Shown one piece after another: positions 47,452 to 57,083 of a stretch of DNA of 64,000 nt (position 1 is the first letter of the stretch; each line of letters starts with the position of its first letter). Below the pieces are notes generated by a model. The model was not told the origin of the DNA and made no database searches. It saw only the letters and a list, made by a program, of their open reading frames with translations. Location of the stretch: positions 3,046,188-3,110,187 of the forward strand of contig BFEA01000015.1 in the NCBI GenBank assembly GCA_003427395.1, in the 5' to 3' direction. The stretch comes from Chara braunii. Lineage: Eukaryota; Plantae; Charophyceae. Position numbers and translations under genes: made by a program.

Positions 47452-48140
47452 TATATATATATATATCGTCAAATAGAACTGCCCGGTAAACCGTAGGCAG
47501 AGAGAGAGAAGAGGACAACAAACGAGGGGCTGTGACAAACTGTTTCGTCGGAGTTTATATACATATATTGTCACACTGTGAATCGGAGCGCAAAGGCGGA
47601 AAAAAGCAAAACAAGGGAAAGAAAAAAAGTCAGGAAGGAAAGCCCCACCTGTTCATCACCTCCTACGTACAAGGCCAGCCNAGGGGCTGTGACAAACTGT
47701 TTCGTCGGAGTTTCACCGACTCATCAGGAGGCTGAACCCTCAACAGTCTGCAGAATCCCCTCACTGATTACACTGTAAATGATAATCTACCTTAACCAAA
47801 ATCAACGTAGACTATCACTCACCCACATATATATATATATATACACTATTATACAGCTGTCCCCTGATGAGGAGAAGACAGAAATTCAGATAATATACAG
47901 GGTTCAGCCTCCTGGTGAATCGGTGAACTGCGATGAAACAGTTTGTCACAGCCCCTCGTTTGTTGCCCTCTCTTCTCCTCTTCTCCCTCTCTGCCCACGG
48001 TTTACCTGGCAGCTCCCAAATGGAGCTGCTGGGTAAACCGTAGGCAGAGAGGGAGGGAGAAGGAGAAGAGGACAACAAACGAGGGGCTGTGACAAACTGT
48101 TCCGTCTCATCAGGAGGCTGAACCCTCTACAGTCTGCAGA
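47452..48140. mobile_element. Cluster of four hammerhead-headed repeat copies in orientations -, -, +, -
   Basis: 47460-47555 (-), 47682-47752 (-), 47899-48012 (+, mutated core CTGGTGA) and 48026-48140 (-, stem II deleted). Confidence 0.85.
47693..47750 (-). ncRNA. Type III hammerhead ribozyme, structurally complete
   Basis: Minus strand CAGACUG-UU-GAGG-guucag-CCUC-CUGAUGA-GUCGG-ugaaacu-CCGAC-GAAA-CAGUUUG: 7-bp stem III, GUU triplet, perfect core. Confidence 0.85.
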
Positions 48141-48147
48141 TTATATG

Positions 48148-48205
48148 ACATCCACAGAAGATTAGCATGGATTGCATGGAAGGATGAAACCCACAGATAC
48201 TCGAC
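48148..48205 (+). pseudogene. U6: Degenerate, internally deleted U6-derived fragment
   Basis: GACATCC, a deletion, then ACAGAAGATTAGCATGG...AAGGATGA.AC.CA, collinear with U6. Confidence 0.65.
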
Positions 48206-49051
48206 CTCTTTTTGTACTTTTGTCTTTTCCTTGCATCTTTCGGAAAAGAAATACGGTTTGTCCATACAGGCAGTTACTCAACCCCCCCCCCCCCCCCCTC
48301 TCTCTCTCTCTCTCTCGTGGCCCAGCAGTAAGCTTCATTTTGCTAATGGAAAGGTGTATCTTCCCTGAGGTGTTCAGGAGGGTTTTGAATGGACCACAGA
48401 GAGTTGGTGAGCCGAGGGAGGGGGTGAACTGGTCTGTCAAAGGGGACATCAGGGCCAGACAATCCAGTTGAACGAGGGCCAGTGGGGCCTAGGGAACATC
48501 ATTTATCATCAATATTCCAGGAATAGCCTTAAAAGTTAAAACCTAGGACCTGAATCTCATCCCTTTGGATTGATTATTGCTAAGCCCAGCCCCCTCTACC
48601 CATCAGCTGAGCAGTATGTGGTCGTTTTCCCTCGGGAATTCTACGGTTGTGCTTCTCAGCTTTACTAGTTGTTTGTCTTGCGGGGGCCAGAAGGCAGTCT
48701 TATACCAGATTGTTGATAGGATGGCATTATTTATAAGAAAGGAACTGCCAATCTTGGGACATGCGAAGGCCTTTTCACTTCGCCAAACTGCAGGCGGCTA
48801 CCTCTACTAAACGACACCCGTGGTCTTTGGGCGGGCCCAGAGCTGTTAGTCAAACTCCCAGGTCTCGGATCGACACCCCGTGGTCCTTGGGCGGGACCAG
48901 AGCTGTTAGCCGAACTCCCGGGTGTTCGGATCGCTTCTTGCTTAGGTCTCCATTTCACTGGTGGCTCATCCTAAGGGAGTAATCCCTAGGGAGGTAACCA
49001 CAAACCCGATTGACTTTCATGTCTGCCGCCTTAGAAATGAGGTACGCTGTT

Positions 49052-49432
49052 TCAGTGGGACCCATCAAACTGGATAATGGGGAATTCCACCATGACAGGA
49101 AGGTCGTCTGCTAAGAGAGAGATCACTTGTAGTGGGTGAGCTGGGATTTTCGGAATGTGGATCCTTTCGGAAGTTCGGTTGGCTATGGCGATTATAGGCA
49201 TTAAAGTTTCCATAAATAGGACAAACAACAAAATGGGGCTTATGAGATCTCCTTGTCTGACTGATCTTTGCAAAGGGTAGGGAGAGAGAGGCTCATTCAA
49301 CATGACATTAGTAGCAATTGATCTATGTAAAGTTCGCACCCATTTCTTGGAATTTGGTCGAAATCTCATTCTAAACAAACACATGTCCAAGAAATCCCAG
49401 TCTACGTGGTCATATGCTTTTTCGAAATCTCA
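49052..49432 (-). pseudogene. L1/Tx1-type non-LTR retrotransposon reverse transcriptase remnant
   Basis: Minus strand DFEKAYDHVDWDFL ... RSVRQGDLISPILLFVLFME ... LLADDL (RT motifs 3-5); the frame is disrupted further out. Confidence 0.85.
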
Positions 49433-51130
49433 GAAGGAATTGCTGGGCGATCGGGCAATAATTGCGCTTTTCAGCCTTATCCTTAGCAGTCTCCCTCAGC
49501 TACATAGTCAATAAAGATGTCAGATTTTGTAGCGGAGTGTAATGTTCGGGTAGCGAAGCTCACAAGCTAACAAGAGAGCCTTGACTCCTTTCCAGAGACG
49601 TTTCGAAAGTGGACAACTTATCGTACTACTTTGTTTTCATAATCCACAATAGAGTATGCATTGTACCATTGTCCATCTCCGGTTTGTGCCGATCGAAGGG
49701 GTGGCATAGGGAGGGTAGCATGTTTTGACAGGATATAGGGTGAGCTGCCACTTGCAAAGAGCATTGGTTCTGACAACTGAATCTGTACGTGCTCGTGGAG
49801 AGGTGCACAAATTCACGGCTGTTCTGCTTTTTTGCATTTCTGCCTAAGACCCGTCCAGGTTCAGGCGCTCAATCCAATCCTCTTTGGCAGTGGAGCCTAG
49901 CCCGTACTCTTTCCTTTCCTTTCCTTTCCTTTCCTTTCCTTTCCTTTCCTTGAAGAATGCTTTAGCCATCGTACCTTCCGTGGGGTCTTCGTGTATGCTC
50001 GGGCTTGCTGACTGAGGTGGGTCATCACGAGCAGCCTAAAGATCCATAAACGTTTCTAGATCCAATGGATTTTATTGGGGTCACTGTAGTGGGGTTTCAA
50101 AGCCGTGGACTACATTTTTTGAGTTTGTTTATTACCTCGAGGCGTTACCTTTGCCACTAGCACCTTTAGTACTTCTCGAACTGCATTTCTTATTATTTTT
50201 GCGTGGTCATGAGCAGCCTCGAGATTGATAAATGTTTCTTGATCCGATTGGCTTCTAGTCAACGGAACATCCTATATTTTGCTCCAGCGCATGAACAAGT
50301 CTTTGTAGGATAATTTTCAGGTCCTGCCCGTGCTTCATTGAAACAGTTCTCCCCTTTTCCCTTTTATTGAGATTTCCCCTTATTCTTAACAAAAAAAAAA
50401 AAAAAAAAGAAGTAGAAGAAGATATCCCCTTATTGAACGTTTCCAAGTCAACGGCCAACTCCGTCGTATGCTTTTTTTTTTTTTTTTTTTTCCGAATACT
50501 CAACCAGTAGTTCCAAAATGAGCAGAGTCAGCAGCCCAATCCAGCAAACGCGCAAAGGTCGAGAAGCAATGTTGAGCTCGCGTAGGTGGCTTGCTAAACT
50601 TCTCTGTATCGCTCCACAAATTTTAACCCACCAGTACTCGTGGCTTGTTCACGGGCACGCCTTTAGGAAGTACAAGTACGGTTTCACGACCTTCCAAGTT
50701 TCTTTTGCTCTTCCAACCTTGCATTCTTCTCTCTCTCTCTCTTAGGTCAACAAGAGTGAAAGAAAGAGAGTTCTTTTTTTTTTTTTTTTTTCGTCAAAGT
50801 CACACGGATTTTTCCGGCATATGGGTACGCCGGCCGGGTTAACTCATCACTCGCAGAATAATGTATACTTAACCAGTTGCAGTCTTAAGAGAGTTTTATG
50901 TCGGAGTGATACAGAGAAGAGTAGCAGGCTGGGCCTGGTTCCCAGAACATGTTGCTGCCCACAAATAGATTGGAGCATTGTTTGACAGGAAGAAAGAAAG
51001 AAACTCAAGAATAAAAGAGAGAAGGAAAAAAAGGTCTCAAGCGAATAGGAGGTCGTCAATTCACAAGTAAATGGATAAGAATTCAGAAAATAATAAAATG
51101 TTGAAGTAAATTGTAAAATGTAGTTATGTT

Positions 51131-51312
51131 GTCCTTCGGTACAGAGATGACTGGAATGGCCCCTGCGCAAGGAGGACACGCATAAATTAAGAATCCGTTT
51201 GAATTGGAATGACGCAGAGAAAATTAGCATGGGCCCTGCACAAGGACGACACATATAAATTGAGAAATGCGGCAAATGCCCAAAAAAAAATAATAAAAAA
51301 AAATAAAATAAA
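51131..51312 (+). pseudogene. U6: Head-to-tail dimer of U6-derived units with an A-rich tail
   Basis: Unit 1 GTCCTTCGG-TACAGAGA...ATGGCCCCTGCGCAAGGAGGACACGCATAAAT; unit 2 ATCCG..AATTGGAA..CAGAGAAAATTAGCATGGGCCCTGCACAAGGACGACAC...GAGAAATG; then an A-rich tail. Confidence 0.85.
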
Positions 51313-51679
51313 GGGAGGAGAAGAAGAACTTGAAGAAGAATGTAATCACACATTGCCAAATGATGCAAATGACGATGATGAATAATCAGAGATGGGTTGG
51401 GGCCGCCGGTGGGGGTACGGCTAACGCAAAGACGGAGCATTTCGCCAGTAGCTGTGCCTCCCTTTCTCATCATCCGCTGTTGGGGCGGGGGGCAACATGA
51501 TTTGCCTCGTTTGCGAGGCCCTATGCTTGCAGAGGTCTTAGGAGTAGTGGCAGGAAGGTAGAGAAAGGCAAAAAGAAATTGAGAGAAGAACGCAGTGTAG
51601 TTTAAGGAAAAAAAAAAAAAGAAAAAAAAAAAAAAAAGAAAAAAAGAAAAAAGAAAAGATGATGACTAATTATAGGCTA

Positions 51680-51744
51680 CGCAGGGGCCACGCTAATCTT
51701 CTGTGTATTGTTCCATTCCAATTTTAACGGATGTCCTGAAGGAC
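51680..51744 (-). pseudogene. U6: 3'-truncated U6-derived copy
   Basis: Minus strand GTCCTTCAGGACATCCGTTAAAATTGGAA(TGGAA)CAATACACAGAAGATTAGCGTGGCCCCTGCG. Confidence 0.88.
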
Positions 51745-51879
51745 AAAAAGAAAGAAGAGAAAAGAAAAGAAAAAACGTCCCAAAAACCGAACGAATGGTT
51801 TGCGGGTGTTCTTCTTGCAGCTACTTTTTGCCCGGGCCTCGAGTTCGATGTCTCAACCCCAGATCCCAACCTGGGGGGG

Positions 51880-52110
51880 GGGGGTCACATCCTCAGCAAC
51901 CAGAATTGCATTAAGGGCCTGACTGAATCTGGATATGTATCACAAAATGCAGAAAAGCGGATCCATCACGATCTTCTGCACCTCTGCAAACACTTCTTCC
52001 ACATTCAGGCGTGAAATCCAATCATCTTGGCCAGTTCTTCCTAAGAGTCTTCGAAAAAGCTGAAAAGTTTTTCCATGGGACCATGCCCCTGGGGAATAAA
52101 GTCGTCTGCA
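51880..52110 (-). pseudogene. Possible decayed DNA-transposase (hAT-like) exon fragment
   Basis: DDWISRLNVEEVFAEVQKIVMDPLFCIL*YISRF loosely resembles the hAT V..IV.D..FW....I..F segment and has an in-frame stop. Weak recognition only. Confidence 0.25.
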
Positions 52111-52354
52111 CCGCCTGTGCATCAGGATATGCAAAATCAAAATTTAACTAAAATTAAAAAAAATATATTTTGAAAGATCTCCAATCAAAACTAAACCTGG
52201 AAAAATAGTAAATAAAATTTAATAAATGTGAAAACAAACTTCTTATTTTGGATGAAGCTGCTCCGATGTACCTTCAGGAATCTAAAGACTAAAAGGGGAA
52301 AAACAAAACAAAAAAAAAAACAAAAAAAAAAAAACAACGAGAATCGAAAAACTA

Positions 52355-53382
52355 AATTCACAACAATTCACTCCCTTTAAAGTTTAAATCCCTCTAAATT
52401 CACAACAATTCACTCCCTTTAAATCCCTCGTAAGCCCCTTTACAACGCCTTTACAACCCCTTTACACCCCCTTCAGACTCCCAGTTGACGGCTACAATGC
52501 ACTCCCTTCGAAATCCCTCTCAAGCCCCTTTACACCCCCTTTACACCCCCTTCAGACCCCCAGTGAAGTCCGCAGGCACTCGTTGGAAATAAGGTTGGAC
52601 ATGGGATGGGCTCCATGGACACAATAATCATTAGCTTCGTTACAGATCTCTTGTAAGATCCAGCGTGAAACGATGTCTCCGTCTGCCTTCTCTGTCTTAT
52701 CCATCCAGATTTCCACGCGGACGGATGCGCTCCACCCCTTTACGCCCGCTTTGGGCCCTTTTTACACCCCTTTTACACCCTTTTACACCCTGTTTACACC
52801 CCGCTCACACTACCTTTTACACCTCCCCCCCCTCCCTTCTCTTTTTTAACCTGGCTGGGTCAGACAGCCTGGATGGAGCTCCCTGTCTGCGGATGGGGCA
52901 GCGAAGTTCCTTGATTACTCAAAGAGAGTCTCTGCAGCAATTCGTTTGAATTTTCACTTTCCGAATAGCTTCACCAAAGCTTCAACCACTTTCTCAGGCC
53001 TGTACACACACATGCATGACGACACTAAAATAAATCACTCTCTTAAGCCCCTTTACAACCCCTTAACAACTCCTTCAGACCTCCAGTGAAGCCCACAGGG
53101 ACACAGGCACCGCCAGTGAAGCCCACAGGCACATGAGGGTACTAAAATAAATAAATCACCCTTTTAAGGCCCTTTACAACCCCTTTACAACTCCTTTACA
53201 ACCCCTTCAGACCGCCAGTTAAGCTCACAGGCACATGAGGATACTAAAATAAATAAATCACCCTCTTAAGCCCCTTTACAACCCCTTTACAACCCCTTTA
53301 CAACCCCTTTACAACCCCTTTACAACCCCTTTACAACCCCTTCAGACCGCCAGTGAAGCCCCCCGGCACATGAGGGTACTAT
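52355..53382. repeat. Array of ~100-130-bp units with internal (ACCCCTTTACA)n 11-mers
   Basis: TAAGCCCCTTTACAACCCCTTTACA...CCCCTTCAGAC..CCAGTGAAGCCC repeated about five times; a pure 11-mer run at 53270-53340. Confidence 0.85.
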
Positions 53383-53404
53383 TCTTGAGAAAACATGCAT
53401 CATA

Positions 53405-53687
53405 AACCACCAGTCTGTTTCTGATGTGGTCCTTGTTCGGAGCTACTGCAGGCAAAAGGTTAAAGTTGGCGCCTCGCAAGATGAGAAGTTGTTTGGAATG
53501 TTTACACACATGTGGGACCCATTCAAAGAGATCGTAAATATATTATGGGAATTATAGTAAAATATATTACCGACTCTGGTTCGGAACAGAAGAACTCAAA
53601 AGGTTTCTACACACATGACGGTTCATTCGTTTTAGAGACAGGCAGCACAGCGCATCAGGAAAAAGGGGCTTGGACGGACTGGTGGTT
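53405..53687. mobile_element. AACCACCAGT-TIR MITE with TA flanks
   Basis: TA|AACCACCAGTC ... GACTGGTGGTT|TA. Confidence 0.7.
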
Positions 53688-53928
53688 TAATGAAATAAGA
53701 TAAACAAACTGACCTTTCTGTATAAGATAAACAAACTGCCCATTGCACCTATCAAGTAATGAAAAAAAATATACATTGACATGAAGAGGCATGAGGAGGA
53801 GGAAGTTATAGGCCAACCTATTTATCTTGTGACAATGAGACCAACACCGGCGGACTAAACGTCCATCAGACATGAAGGGGGAACGACAAATGGAGTACTG
53901 TCATTCTCCTCCAATCTGCTTTGGGTCA

Positions 53929-54009
53929 ACCGTTTCCCGATTTGTGTGTGTCATCCTTCCACAGCGGCCATGCTAATCTTCTGTGTATGGCTTCAATTTT
54001 ATTAGGTCC
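53929..54009 (-). pseudogene. U6: 5'-eroded U6-derived copy
   Basis: Minus strand ATAAAATTGAAGCCATACACAGAAGATTAGCATGGCCGCTGTGGAAGGATGACACACACAAATCGGGAAACGGT. Confidence 0.85.
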
Positions 54010-54019
54010 ACCGCGCGCG

Positions 54020-54100
<81 letters not shown>

Positions 54101-54191
54101 CTGTCTTTCCAGTACGATGCAGTAGTCGGTACGAGGGTGCTTTCTCTCTCGAGAAGCTGTCTTTCCAGTATGGTACAGTCGTTACGAAGGT

Positions 54192-54260
<69 letters not shown>

Positions 54261-55144
54261 CNNNNNNNNNNNNNNNNNNNNNNNNNNNNNNNNNNNNNNN
54301 NNNNNNNNNNNNNNNNNNNNNNNNNNNNNNNNNNNNNNNNNNNNNNNNNNNNNNNNNNNNNNNNNNNNNNNNNNNNNNNNNNNNNNNNNNNNNNNNNNNN
54401 NNNNNNNNNNNNNNNNNNNNNNNNNNNNNNNNNNNNNNNNNNNNNNNNNNNNNNNNNNNNNNNNNNNNNNNNNNNNNNNNNNNNNNNNNNNNNNNNNNNN
54501 NNNNNNNNNNNNNNNNNNNNNNNNNNNNNNNNNNNNNNNNNNNNNNNNNNNNNNNNNNNNNNNNNNNNNNNNNNNNNNNNNNNNNNNNNNNNNNNNNNNN
54601 NNNNNNNNNNNNNNNNNNNNNNNNNNNNNNNNNNNNNNNNNNNNNNNNNNNNNTGTGTGCAAACACTACTGAGGTGTGCCGCACGCCACCACGAGTCTAT
54701 GGCCCCTGTGCTAGTATGCCACACACATCGAGATATGTCCCACATTTTCATGGGAGAAGACAAGAAAGTGAAAAAAACACCTGAATTTTGTCTTCCGCGT
54801 CTGAGTTCCTGTGTCTATGCGGAGATGCCGAGGTCGGTTGAGGGCTCATGTCGGCGGATTGCATGGAAAGTCCGGATTGCTGTGTGGAAAAAAACTGGAC
54901 GGCGAGACTGGTGGTTTAAACCACCCATACATGTCCCACACATTTTTCTGAGGCGCACCGTGCATGCAGCCATGTTGGGCAGGATGTACCGGGGCAGCAT
55001 GGAAGGCCCGATTTGCCTGGATGGATTTCCACCGAAGCGGCAACCCGGTACAGATTTGCCTGGATGTATTTCCACCGAAGCGGCCCCCCGGTACAGATTT
55101 GGCCAAAACCGTAGATTGAGGCCACCAGAGATCAATGTCAAAAA

Positions 55145-55175
<31 letters not shown>

Positions 55176-56481
55176 GACTCACCAGTCCTCTTGCGGTAGA
55201 TGTCCTGCTCCTGACAGAATGCTTGTTGTCACCATTTTCGAATTCCATGATGCAAAGGTTGAGGCTTCCGACTGCGACAGATACTTGTCATCCTCTCCCC
55301 AGATCACAGCCGTTGGTACTTCCCACCTGCAATCGACATCCCACATTCAAGAATGAAGGCAGATCTATGGTTCCTTTCCTTTTTTTTCTTTTCTTTTTCC
55401 CCTATAAAACTAAGCTATATTCTTCTCTCAATTTCACCTTTTCAATGGCAGGCAGGAAGCATAACAAACAGACCTACCTACCACTACTCCTAAGCCTGTA
55501 CAGGGTAGTAGGGTACCCCTTTATTGCAATTGGCCGTAGGGGGGAATGAGGTAGCTATGCTTGCAACGGTTCCTTTCTTTTCTCTTCCCCCCTCCCCCCA
55601 ACAAGATACATTTCATAACGTCTCCTCGTGCCCTCCTCCCCCCAATCGCAATAAATTAATGCTCCTCCTTTCTGGGGCGCGTCGATCCGGTTCCTTTTCG
55701 ACCGGCACGTCAGAAAATACAATTTGTTATACCCTCTGGAAAAGCACCCAACTTTTCGCTCTGCCCTGGGCCCCTTGCAACTTTGCCTTACACCCTTTTT
55801 TCTTCTTCTTTTTTTTCTTTTTCTTTTTTTTTTTAAACAAAGCCCTGCTGGCTGTCTACTAGAAGGGGTGATCTGAGCAGCCCCCGCTAGGCGAGCTGGA
55901 CCTGCTGGAAAACGCGTCCAGCGTCCCTTTCACATTCAGAGCAAGCTTATTCTCTAGATAATTATGCTGTTATTCTCGACTTGTCTTTTCCGCGACTTGT
56001 CCTTTCCTGTTGATCGTGTGTGTGTGAACTTTCACCCCTAGATAATTATGTTTTTACCACCCGCATTGATTTCCCCCAGTCTCTTGTGGATGGACTGTGC
56101 GGGTGTGATGTAGGTGTCGGTGCGCTGTCGATGATGATTTTCATCAACGGTCCGCGCTTGTTCGTTTTCCAGCGCGCAGGGTAGGTATCCCCCCCAGGGT
56201 CGGAGAAAAAGTGCCTCGGAAGTACTGATGGAAACCAGTGGGACTTGAATCGGCACTTCAGATGGGTCCAGATTTCCCAATGGGTCATGAGCAGGAGGCT
56301 GCACCTATACCGTAGGGGAGGCTTGGGAGAGGTTTGGGCAAGGATTATTTTAAAAAAGTGGCAGCACTTGCCTGCGTTCTGCAAATCCATCCTTGATGCG
56401 ATTCTCGAGCTCCTTGAGAGGTGCCTTTCTCATCACCTCCAGCATTGCTGCAAAACAGGGATGACAAACAAACAAAAACAC

Positions 56482-56537
<56 letters not shown>

Positions 56538-56704
56538 CAAAAAAAGAAAAAAAAAAAAAAAGAAAAAAAAACTGTGTCGCACACACAAAAAGACAACTGT
56601 TACATCAGCGTGCTTTTGCCTTCGGTGGTTTCCCCAAAGTCTTCATGTGGTCTTACGTTATCAACTAAATACAATAGCTGGAAGGAGATTGCCACAGGGG
56701 TTTT

Positions 56705-57083
56705 GAAATTCCAACCCTGGATGGTCTAAACAGTTCAATTCCACCCGGGATGGAACCATGAGACAGGACCAGGTCCTAAAATTCCAACCCTAGCTGGTCC
56801 AAAGTTCTCCAAACAGTTCAATTCCATCTGTGGGGATGGGACCATGAGACGGGACCAGGTCCTCAAATTCCAAACCTAGCTGGTCCAAACAGTTCAAATT
56901 CATCTTGAATGGTAACCTGAGAACGAACCTGGTTGTGACATGCCAAACCTAGCTGGTCCAAACAAACAGTGAAAGTCCACCTGGACTGGGACCATGAGAC
57001 GGGACCAGGTCCTGAAATTCCAAACCTAGCTGGTCCAAACAGTGAAAGTCCACCTGGACTGGGAACGTGAGACGGGACCAGGT
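56705..57083. repeat. ~70-85-bp tandem repeat, about 5 copies
   Basis: AAATTCCAA.CCTAGCTGGTCCAAACAG...GGGACCATGAGACGGGACCAGGTCCT reiterated. Confidence 0.85.
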
